DNA from: Candidatus Altiarchaeota archaeon
GTDB lineage: Archaea; Altiarchaeota; Altiarchaeia; IMC4; SCGC-AAA252-I15
Length of the DNA: 26,538 bases
Direction of reading: 5' to 3'
Assembly (NCBI GenBank): GCA_043813075.1
Contig: JBDRLL010000002.1
Coordinates: 1 to 26,538 of the forward strand
Position numbers and translations under genes: made by a program. Of this stretch, positions 1 to 7,306 are shown one piece after another; the stretch's first letter is position 1, and each line of letters opens with the position of its first letter. The notes beneath the pieces are model-generated. The model saw only the letters and a program-made list of their open reading frames with translations. It did no database searches and had not been told where the DNA came from.

Positions 1-341
1 GGTGCCTTAAGGAATCTATTGTACACCTCCGTCACGTCTCTAGGTGCATTATCCTTGTGAAACATTATGTGGTAGAACATCTGGTTTTCGTCAAGGTAGA
101 CTGCTCCCCCACCCACCTGCCTCCTATATACTGGCAGATTATGTTCCCTGCAGTATCCGACGTCTATCTCCTTCTCAAGTTCCTGGTGCATGCCTATGCA
201 GACGTATGGTTCGCTAGGGCTTAGTATCGATATAGTGTCCTGAGCACCATTGCTCACACTCTCTGCTACCGCATGGTAAATGGTCTGTGACCTCAAGGCA
301 GGCACGAGTCCCAAATCCAGTAAACGAACATTCCTCTTCAT
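1..341 (-). CDS. lplA: Lipoate-protein ligase (LplA/sLpl(AB)-like), N-terminal part only; runs off the window
   Basis: Absent from the ORF track. Manual translation from ATG at 341 gives MKRNVRLLDLGLVPALRSQTIYHAVAES...PYVCIGMHQELEKEIDVGYCREHNLPVYRRQVGGGAVYLDENQ..., which has the RRxxGGGAVY ligase motif. Starts 1 nt after the upstream stop. Confidence 0.9.
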   Translation of the reverse strand, partial: MKRNVRLLDLGLVPALRSQTIYHAVAESVSNGAQDTISILSPSEPYVCIGMHQELEKEIDVGYCREHNLPVYRRQVGGGAVYLDENQMFYHIMFHKDNAPRDVTEVYNRFLKA

Positions 342-342
342 C

Positions 343-1179
343 TTAAATCAGTGTTGTCGCTGAGTTCAACCCCATCGCAATGTACTCCACCCCCAAGAGT
401 AGTAGCAGTACCGCGCCAACGTATCTCGCGAACTTGAGCGCTGAACTCTCCATGTACTTATGAGCTACCGATACCGAGCCCCTGGCGAGCAGTATAAGCG
501 CGGTCGGCGGTATGAACGCTCCCACCGCGAATGCGAAGATGATCGCGACCGCCTTCGCAAGCGACAATAATATCCCTGCCGACATGGAAGCTGACGCGAT
601 GGCTACCGCGGATATGGGGGCCAGGAATATGCTCGCCTCTATCGTGCACACGAGTCCCGTCACCGTCCCCCACACCAGGTATTCCACTGGGTGGTTGACG
701 CTGAAAGTCGGCACCCTCACGCGCTTGAGTATGAATCCTGACACAGCCTCCCTCAATTCTATCAGCTCAAGAAGGTCTGCGCTTAACGCCACCATGAATA
801 CTCCCGCAACACCTATGGCATAGGGGGCGAGGATGAACGGCAGCATGCTACCCATGATTCCAGTGACCACACCCAACAGTATGAATGAGATGAAACGCCC
901 GACAGTGAATATGACGCTAGCATTGAACGCGGCCTTCACGTTCCCCTCTCCGCCTGCAATGTATGCTGCAAGTGGTACGCCGCATACCGGGCAGGACACA
1001 AGCCCGAAGAGCACGCCAAGCCACAGGGACCAGGCCGCAGACGTCCCTGCATGCGTCATCGCCTCCTGGATGTGCGGTTGCAGGCTGGAGACCCATACCG
1101 CCAGAAAACCCTTTAAATGGAGGATGACCGCTACTGCCACGAAAATCAGTATTCCCGCAAGGATTTTCCTACCGCTCAT
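343..1179 (-). CDS. CcdA/DsbD-like (DsbD_2/TauE-related) polytopic membrane protein with membrane cysteines
   Basis: Multiple hydrophobic helices, with motifs GLVSCPVCG, F.vGR...f..LG...G and GLVC. Start moved to MSGRK (1179), which overlaps the upstream stop by 11 nt. Confidence 0.65.
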   Translation of the reverse strand: MSGRKILAGILIFVAVAVILHLKGFLAVWVSSLQPHIQEAMTHAGTSAAWSLWLGVLFGLVSCPVCGVPLAAYIAGGEGNVKAAFNASVIFTVGRFISFILLGVVTGIMGSMLPFILAPYAIGVAGVFMVALSADLLELIELREAVSGFILKRVRVPTFSVNHPVEYLVWGTVTGLVCTIEASIFLAPISAVAIASASMSAGILLSLAKAVAIIFAFAVGAFIPPTALILLARGSVSVAHKYMESSALKFARYVGAVLLLLLGVEYIAMGLNSATTLI

Positions 1180-1999
1180 CTTTACTCTCTCCAGTCTTCT
1201 CATCAGGTTTTACCTCATCTACCTTAACTGGCTCGTATTTCTCCAGGTACATGTCAAGGTCTCTGAAACAGCTTACCACTAGCGACGACAATGATATGAA
1301 CCTCGTCTTAACCCCCTTCTGCCTTCCTATCTGGCTCATAAGGGCCTCGCATCCGGCGCAGGCTAGCGGACAGAGGTCTGCTCCCGTCCTCCCGGCGTCC
1401 AGCACCTTCTTCTCGGCGATAGCTGTCATGGTGCTGCCGTCAGAGCCTGCTCCGCAGCAGGTGTCCGGCTCGGACATCTCAACGTATGTGGCCCCCAAGT
1501 ATTCCACAATAGTCCTGTAGAGTTCTTCGACCTTGATTTCTGCCGTCCTCCTGAGGTGGCATGAGTGGTGTCCTGTTATCCTCACGATGGAGTCGAGCTT
1601 CTCGTCCACCAACTTGTCCAGATCCCCGTTTTCTATGAGCGCGTACAGGTATTCCATGATGTTTATCGGGTTGTAGCCGCGTTTGATGAATTCCTCGTGC
1701 TGTCCTAGGTATGCTGTGCATGCCCCGCAGACGAATAGGACGTCTTTTATACCAATACGGTTCATCTGGCTTAGGTTATACTCCATGCATTTCTCAGCCC
1801 CTTCCTCGTCTCCTATACCAATGGAGCCGTAGCCGCAGCACCTCTCGTTCGGTATGGTCTTGTACTCGTCGAGGACTCCCTTGTCGACGGCCTTGTCGAG
1901 TAGCGCATAGGTTGATGTCCTCATGGGCTTCAGCATCCTGGACGCGGTGCATCCTTCAAACAACAGCAGCTTCCTGGGCACATCCATATGTGAACTCAT
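1169..1999 (-). CDS. HdrB-like protein with two CCG domains
   Basis: Motifs EGC...RCCG...VCGAC and HHSCH...TCCG...ACAGC, i.e. two 5-Cys CCG domains. ATGA overlap with the upstream gene. Confidence 0.85.
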   Translation of the reverse strand: MSSHMDVPRKLLLFEGCTASRMLKPMRTSTYALLDKAVDKGVLDEYKTIPNERCCGYGSIGIGDEEGAEKCMEYNLSQMNRIGIKDVLFVCGACTAYLGQHEEFIKRGYNPINIMEYLYALIENGDLDKLVDEKLDSIVRITGHHSCHLRRTAEIKVEELYRTIVEYLGATYVEMSEPDTCCGAGSDGSTMTAIAEKKVLDAGRTGADLCPLACAGCEALMSQIGRQKGVKTRFISLSSLVVSCFRDLDMYLEKYEPVKVDEVKPDEKTGESKDER

Positions 2000-2598
2000 T
2001 TCTTCTTCCTCCTGAATTTGAGGCTCTTCCTTAACTCTTTTATCTCGTTTATCGCGTCACCGGAATCCTCGTTAAGCTCCTTGCGTTTAGCATTGTCCTC
2101 GAAGGGGTTGTAATACTGTCTTATCCTCTGTGCTTTTGTTATCCAGTTCCATGGGAGACTCAGGTCCTTGCCCTTTATCCTCCTCACCACAGCCTCGAAC
2201 GTGCGCTTCATCTGGGGGTTGGGTATCCCCGGAATGTATGCGATGCTCTCGTCCTCAAGCATCCTCTTCAACTCCGTATTGTATATTTCAGTGCAGAGTT
2301 CGTCGACCCCAAGGTGTCTTGGACATCTCTCAACACACGCGGCACAACCTGTGCACAACTCTATCCTACCCTTGATGGCGTCATCGTATCTCCCGCTCTT
2401 AACTGCAACCATCACGTCCTTGGGGCCTATATAACCTCCCTCTATCCCGACTACCGGGCATACCGCCCTGCACTGCTGGCACTCCATGCACAATACTGCA
2501 TTGCTCTTGTTTCTCAACACTATGTATAGTATCATGGCTAACGGCACCATAGTCAGCGTCGCCGCGATCCCTGAGGTTGCAATGTAGTTGAACGTCAT
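1996..2598 (-). CDS. Membrane-anchored HdrC-like 2x[4Fe-4S] protein
   Basis: N-terminal hydrophobic helix, then CMECQQCRAVCP and CTGCAACVERCP. Start moved to MTFNY (2598), 2 nt after the upstream stop. Confidence 0.8.
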   Translation of the reverse strand: MTFNYIATSGIAATLTMVPLAMILYIVLRNKSNAVLCMECQQCRAVCPVVGIEGGYIGPKDVMVAVKSGRYDDAIKGRIELCTGCAACVERCPRHLGVDELCTEIYNTELKRMLEDESIAYIPGIPNPQMKRTFEAVVRRIKGKDLSLPWNWITKAQRIRQYYNPFEDNAKRKELNEDSGDAINEIKELRKSLKFRRKKK

Positions 2599-2600
2599 TT

Positions 2601-3407
2601 TTACGGGAATCTCAGTATCCTCTTCGGGCATGCTTCCACGCACTTCATGCATTTTATGCATTCGGTGTCTGTTATGTTCCTGCCTTCCTGCGCGTATTTC
2701 TCCGCCACCAGCACGTCCATTGGACAGTTCTTCTGGCAGTTCAGGCATTTAACGCATGCATCTACCGTGCGTATGGGCAGTACATGATATTTTGTGAACA
2801 GTCCCATCAGCCCGCCGAGGGGGCAGAGGTATGAGCACCAAGTCTTCCTACCGTAGACCATCGCCAGGATTATCGTCAGCAAGAGCACCGGCACCGCAGT
2901 GTATATCATGTGCCCGGTCATGCCCTTGAAGACTGCTCCTGCAGGGCAGTAGTCGCAGAAGGCGGTGTACTCCACAAGACCTGCGAGTATCAGGACTCCG
3001 GATAGTATTATGAGCTTTATGGTGGGGTCCTTCAGTTCCCCAGGTATCTTATACCTTCCTCTTATCGGCGACACCCTCTCTGCAGCGTCTAGTATAAGTC
3101 CGTATGGGCACAGCCATCCGCAGAATAGCCTGCCGAATAGTATTGTTGACAGTAAGAACACTCCTATTATGATGAATGGCGACAGGACGAGCAGTCGTGT
3201 GGCTGGGTTAGCCAGGTCAACCCTCTCAAGCCCTATGAACAGGCTTGCCCCCCCGCCTCCAGTGGAGAACACGTCCTGCATGTGCCAGAACGGGTCCAGC
3301 CAGCAGACGCCCATAGGGCTATCATACAACAAGTATGTGAACCATATGGTTGCCACTACCGCAAGCGCTTGAAACACCCTCCTTAACGTGGATTGCTTCA
3401 CATTCAT
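2601..3407 (-). CDS. NapH/MauN-type membrane polyferredoxin
   Basis: Transmembrane helices with FCGWLCP, FCDYCP and WCSYLCP motifs, plus C-terminal CVKCLNCQKNCP and CIKCMKCVEACP. Confidence 0.88.
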   Translation of the reverse strand: MNVKQSTLRRVFQALAVVATIWFTYLLYDSPMGVCWLDPFWHMQDVFSTGGGGASLFIGLERVDLANPATRLLVLSPFIIIGVFLLSTILFGRLFCGWLCPYGLILDAAERVSPIRGRYKIPGELKDPTIKLIILSGVLILAGLVEYTAFCDYCPAGAVFKGMTGHMIYTAVPVLLLTIILAMVYGRKTWCSYLCPLGGLMGLFTKYHVLPIRTVDACVKCLNCQKNCPMDVLVAEKYAQEGRNITDTECIKCMKCVEACPKRILRFP

Positions 3408-3751
3408 TCTACCGTATGCTTATCCCTTTCAACAGGATCGTTTAGCCTGCTCAAAACCTTTGTCGGACATCCCTCAAGGCATAATCCGCAGAGGTCCCAG
3501 TCGAACATCTCTTCCTCACCCACCCATGAAAGGCAGACGCTCCTGTTTATTCCAGGGAATCCCTTGTCGTCCAGGTACATGGCCTGGACCGGACACTTGT
3601 TGATGCCGTAGTATTCCCTGGGGCAGAGTCCTTCAAAGGTGGTGGCGTCTTTCCTAGCCACCAGGATACCCACACCCACCACTACGATCAGCAGGAATAA
3701 TAGCCCCATCCACTTCCTCTGCCTTCTCCTAGTCTTGTCTCTTATCCTCAT
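3404..3751 (-). CDS. Small membrane-anchored ferredoxin-like protein
   Basis: Basic N-terminus, one TM helix, then LCP...KCPVQAM...CLSW...LCGLCLEGCP. Start MRIRD (3751) forms an ATGA overlap. Confidence 0.75.
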   Translation of the reverse strand: MRIRDKTRRRQRKWMGLLFLLIVVVGVGILVARKDATTFEGLCPREYYGINKCPVQAMYLDDKGFPGINRSVCLSWVGEEEMFDWDLCGLCLEGCPTKVLSRLNDPVERDKHTVE

Positions 3752-4380
3752 TTCTCCTTCCTGTACAGTAGCCTCGTCGGGCATACCACTGTGCATAATC
3801 CGTCTTCAATGCACTTCTCCCTGTCCACAACAGGCTTTATCCTCCCGTACTCTCCATCGTCTCTAACGAGTTCCAGCGCGTATACTGGGCAGATGGTCTC
3901 GCCCTGCCTGCCAAGCAGGCACCTCTCGAGGCCGTAGTTCCTCCCTGCTTTCACGGCATCCTTGAATGTCGGGTGGAATCTATCGCCGACCTCTGGGGTT
4001 ATTATGCTGGAGACTTTGTCTCCATTGAATTCCACTATGAACTGGGCGTCCTCGTCTTTGCCTATGAATATCCTCCCGTTCACGACCCTCTTGAACTTCA
4101 CCACGTGCCTGCCATCATTGTCATACGCGTAGACTGAGAGGAATTCACCTTCATACTCCCTTGTCACATTCTTCGTCATTGTTATAGTAATCCCCTTGTC
4201 TGTGACGTCGACTTTATAACTGTCCTTCGGGAATGGGGGTTTAACTTCCGGCCTTCCGGCGTACACGCTACTTATCCTTTTGCCGAGTATCGTGATGCCT
4301 CCTCCAGTCATGTTCTGCTGTGCCATCACGACCATGGCCAGCACGATTACTATGAAAAGCACAAGATTCTTCTTATTCAT
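3748..4380 (-). CDS. Signal/TM-anchored protein with an atypical C-terminal ferredoxin domain
   Basis: MNKKN plus a hydrophobic stretch and a beta-rich middle region. The C-terminus reads RCLLGRQGETICPVYAL...CIEDGLCTVVCP. Confidence 0.72.
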   Translation of the reverse strand: MNKKNLVLFIVIVLAMVVMAQQNMTGGGITILGKRISSVYAGRPEVKPPFPKDSYKVDVTDKGITITMTKNVTREYEGEFLSVYAYDNDGRHVVKFKRVVNGRIFIGKDEDAQFIVEFNGDKVSSIITPEVGDRFHPTFKDAVKAGRNYGLERCLLGRQGETICPVYALELVRDDGEYGRIKPVVDREKCIEDGLCTVVCPTRLLYRKEK

Positions 4381-4846
4381 TGAATTCACCATCATCTTTC
4401 AGATCCCTTATCACGTCTGTTATTGGTAGGTTGAGTGGGATGTTCTTCTCGCAAGCCCCCTCCAGCGGGTCGAATCTTGCGGCATCCTTGGCCTTCAGCT
4501 CCCGAACTTCTACCACAGTTTTTCCTGGAATCTTCTTTACCGCTTCTCCCGCAGTCATCCTCTCTCCATTGTACTCTATGGTCATGCCTGAGTCTGTGTC
4601 GTATGCTTCCCTGACTGTCAGCTGGAGGTTGCTCGCAGTCATGTACAAGTCCGGGTTGTTTGTGACTGCTGCAGTCATGTATGACGCGACGTCATACCCT
4701 AACGGGCAGTTCAGGTTGCACGCCCTGCATTGGTAGCAGGTCAGCGCCCACGGATGCCCGGACGCGAACGCAGTGTAACTGTAGAGCGCTAGGATTCCCG
4801 CTATCACAAGGAACGCCACCACATTGAATCTCCTGTTCGAATCCAT
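4373..4846 (-). CDS. Membrane-anchored [4Fe-4S] protein
   Basis: N-terminal TM helix followed by CYQCRACNLNCP. A degenerate second motif (GACEKNIP) lies near the C-terminus. Confidence 0.75.
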   Translation of the reverse strand: MDSNRRFNVVAFLVIAGILALYSYTAFASGHPWALTCYQCRACNLNCPLGYDVASYMTAAVTNNPDLYMTASNLQLTVREAYDTDSGMTIEYNGERMTAGEAVKKIPGKTVVEVRELKAKDAARFDPLEGACEKNIPLNLPITDVIRDLKDDGEFNE

Positions 4847-4849
4847 TTT

Positions 4850-5002
4850 TCACAAAAGGTACATCAACAGGCCTACGATGAGCCCGCCCATAATGCCTTC
4901 CGGGTTAACTGGGCTAACATTGAACGCTATGTTGAACATGACTCCAGTCAATACTCCAGTCCCCAGCATCAAACCCGCCTTCCTCTTTGACTCTTCATCC
5001 AT
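4850..5002 (-). CDS. 50-aa two-helix membrane microprotein (paralog B)
   Basis: MDEESKRKAGLMLGTGVLTGVMFNIAFNVSPVNPEGIMGGLIVGLLMYLL. ATG lies 2 nt after the upstream stop, and the stop lies 3 nt before the next ATG. Confidence 0.75.
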   Translation of the reverse strand: MDEESKRKAGLMLGTGVLTGVMFNIAFNVSPVNPEGIMGGLIVGLLMYLL

Positions 5003-5004
5003 CT

Positions 5005-5157
5005 TCAAAGTAGTGCTATGAGCAAGCCTACAACTATCCCGCCCAGTATGCCTCCCTTCTCGTTCCACTGGTGGTCTGTCGAAAGGTTTATCATCACGCC
5101 TGATGCAATCCCGACACCCACCGATACTGCGAACAGTGTTGCGCTGAAACCGACCAT
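5005..5157 (-). CDS. 50-aa two-helix membrane microprotein (paralog A)
   Basis: Absent from the ORF track. Manual translation gives MVGFSATLFAVSVGVGIASGVMINLSTDHQWNEKGGILGGIVVGLLIALL. It fills the gap with 1-nt and 2-nt spacers and resembles the neighbouring ORF. Confidence 0.75.
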   Translation of the reverse strand: MVGFSATLFAVSVGVGIASGVMINLSTDHQWNEKGGILGGIVVGLLIALL

Positions 5158-5158
5158 C

Positions 5159-6484
5159 CTATATGAACCCCACCCAACTTACTAGTAACGCGGCCACGCC
5201 AGTGCCTACCATTATGCCGACCTGCTGGGGTCTCCCTGAGACGCCCATAGGAGTACCGAGATTACCCTCGCCTATGCCTCCTATACCTCCTATCGGCGAC
5301 GGCCCGCATGAGGCGGCTGCATTGATTATGAACCCTGTCAACACGATGGGCACCGCCCACGCGTTACCTGTGACTTCGCTCAACCGGGTCCCGAACATCA
5401 GTACTCCCGGTATCAAGGCCATTCCTATTATCCTGCCGCACGGCATCGGGAGTATCGTCGGTATGTTCATGAGCAGCACAGCCACCCCAATGTATCCGAG
5501 GGGTGTTGAAGACATGCCTTCAAGCAACTGCATCAGAACGTCGAAGCTCCCGACCGCAACGAGGGCGCCTGCCATCACGAAGCCGGCTATCATGGCCATT
5601 ATCGGGTGCAGTATGACTCCTGCAATCAAGTCGTTTACAGACGTGTCTGAGATAACCATTATCGCCAACACTATCATCACGAGTATCGTCTGTATTGGTA
5701 CTGCGGGACGCAGTATGAACACCAGGGTTAAGGTCACCAGGAACATGCCGAGCGAGTAGTACCCTGACTTAGGTATCTCCTCCTTCTTCTCCTTCACCTC
5801 CTCAGCAGACTCCTCTATCCTTATCAGGCTCTCAGACGGCATGATGTTGTAGACGAACCTGACTGAAAGCATCGTAACCGCGGTTATTAGCATTATCGCA
5901 ATCTGCTGCACGTTGACAAAAGACCCGAGTTCATAGCCTCCCATGCCCTCCCCCACCATGCCTATGCCACCTATCGGCGATGGTCCGCAGGAGGCTGCGG
6001 CGTTGACTATGAACCCGAAGACTATTATGCTGGCGAGGAGCGGGTTCTTCTTCGCCTTCGCTATGTCGTATCCGAATAGTATGGCTGCTGGAATCAGTGC
6101 GGCAGCGATTATTCGGCCGCACGGCATTGCGAGTATGGTCGGCGTGTTCACGAGGACCACTACCGTCCCGGTTAGTCCGAGGGGTGTCTTACTCATCTTC
6201 TCGAGCAGGTGTATTGCCGCCCGGAATGCGCCCGCACTCTCCAGCGCCCCTGCCACCAGGAATCCGGCGATTAATGCTGTTATGGGATGCAGGTATAGGC
6301 TGGCCATCAGGTCTTTTATTCCCACCGCCTTGCCTGAGGCGAATGCGAGTATCACCAGTATTATGGATGATAGTATGAGTGCGGATTGTATGGGTAGGAT
6401 GTCTTGCGGTATCCACCCTCTCAGGGACGCTATTATGACTCCGAAGAATATCAGCAGTCCGACGAGTCCGAGCGGGTCTATCAT
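5159..6484 (-). CDS. Internally duplicated polytopic membrane protein, ion-transporter (IT) superfamily-like, with four symmetric cysteines
   Basis: 441 aa from MIDPL (ATGA overlap, GGAGG upstream). Two repeats 227 aa apart each contain LHPI..IAGF..AGAL, TPLG, MPCGRII and GFIxNAAASCGPSPIGGIG. Confidence 0.75.
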   Translation of the reverse strand: MIDPLGLVGLLIFFGVIIASLRGWIPQDILPIQSALILSSIILVILAFASGKAVGIKDLMASLYLHPITALIAGFLVAGALESAGAFRAAIHLLEKMSKTPLGLTGTVVVLVNTPTILAMPCGRIIAAALIPAAILFGYDIAKAKKNPLLASIIVFGFIVNAAASCGPSPIGGIGMVGEGMGGYELGSFVNVQQIAIMLITAVTMLSVRFVYNIMPSESLIRIEESAEEVKEKKEEIPKSGYYSLGMFLVTLTLVFILRPAVPIQTILVMIVLAIMVISDTSVNDLIAGVILHPIMAMIAGFVMAGALVAVGSFDVLMQLLEGMSSTPLGYIGVAVLLMNIPTILPMPCGRIIGMALIPGVLMFGTRLSEVTGNAWAVPIVLTGFIINAAASCGPSPIGGIGGIGEGNLGTPMGVSGRPQQVGIMVGTGVAALLVSWVGFI

Positions 6485-6852
6485 CCAAGCATCCTCCTTA
6501 ATCCTGTTGCCATTGTTCCTATCCTGTATGCTATCATCCTTGAGCCCACTTCCGTGATTCCCACACGCGACCCCACATCCATTCTGTCCATGCACACGCA
6601 GCAGGGACTAGTCTCGGCGCGGACGACTTCTCCATCATCAAGCCTTACTTCAACAGGCATGCTAGCTTTCCCATCCGCAAATCTTGATATCCCGCAGGAG
6701 CCGCATCCTACCGCGCAGGATCCTCCTCCAATGGAGACTATTGTCCCTGTCTTGCCAGGGAGAAACACTGTCCTGAAGTTGACGTAGAGCAGGTATGTCC
6801 CTGCCGCCACCAGCAGGGCGATGCAGCCCTGGTTCACCAGGTCGAGAAACAT
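6481..6852 (-). CDS. Membrane-anchored Cys-rich hypothetical protein
   Basis: N-terminal TM helix and a beta-rich domain with CAVGCGSC and PCCVC. Translationally coupled on both sides. Confidence 0.75.
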   Translation of the reverse strand: MFLDLVNQGCIALLVAAGTYLLYVNFRTVFLPGKTGTIVSIGGGSCAVGCGSCGISRFADGKASMPVEVRLDDGEVVRAETSPCCVCMDRMDVGSRVGITEVGSRMIAYRIGTMATGLRRMLG

Positions 6853-6853
6853 C

Positions 6854-7276
6854 TTATCCTTTAGAGTGTTTTGCGATCTCCGCCTTCTGCCATTCTACGG
6901 CGGCGTCGCCTTTCATTAGGTTCTTGAGTTCATCTGGGTTGGACATCTCAATCTTCACGATCCATCCGTCCCCATAGGGGCTGTTGTTTATCGCCGACGG
7001 GTCGTCGTACAATGCCTGGTTGACTCCGCTAACTTTTCCTGAGATTGGCGCATATATATCGCCAACCCACTTCTTGGTCTCCATGGTTCCTATCTTATCC
7101 CCCTGCTTTACCTCATCACCCTCGAAGGGCATCATCACATAGCTTATCTCGCCCGCCAGCTTTTGCGTGAAGTCTGTCGCACCGACCGTGCACGTGTTTC
7201 CATCTACCTTGGCCCAATAGTGTTCCTTATGGTAGTACAAGTCGTCCGGTAGGTTGTATCCCTCTATCTCAGCCAT
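6854..7276 (-). CDS. gcvH: Lipoyl-carrier protein, GcvH/LbpA family
   Basis: LYYHKEHYW, VGATDF, lipoyl loop ETKKWVGDIYAPISG and NNSPYGDGW. GGTGA ribosome-binding site upstream. Confidence 0.92.
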   Translation of the reverse strand: MAEIEGYNLPDDLYYHKEHYWAKVDGNTCTVGATDFTQKLAGEISYVMMPFEGDEVKQGDKIGTMETKKWVGDIYAPISGKVSGVNQALYDDPSAINNSPYGDGWIVKIEMSNPDELKNLMKGDAAVEWQKAEIAKHSKG

Positions 7277-7280
7277 CTAT

Positions 7281-7286
7281 ATCACC
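7281..7286 (-). promoter_or_regulatory. Ribosome-binding site (GGTGAT) of the lipoyl-carrier gene
   Basis: Minus strand reads aagaaGGTGATatagATG. Confidence 0.7.
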
Positions 7287-7293
7287 TTCTTTA

Positions 7294-7306
7294 TTTTTTT
7301 TTTTTT
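7294..7306. repeat. 13-nt homopolymer (T13 on plus, A13 on the coding strand)
   Basis: Directly visible. Lies in the largest intergenic gap of the operon. Confidence 0.9.

Noticed and set aside
2599-2748. N-terminal extension of ORF 1996-2748, and likewise the extensions to 1203, 3796, 5068 and 6595
   Set aside because: They overlap upstream genes deeply. Downstream ATGs give ATGA or 1-11 nt coupled junctions and sensible N-termini.
5163-6557. Long plus-strand ORFs (198 and 204 aa) that also show a repeat
   Set aside because: They are antisense shadows of the duplicated membrane gene, and their repeat simply mirrors it.
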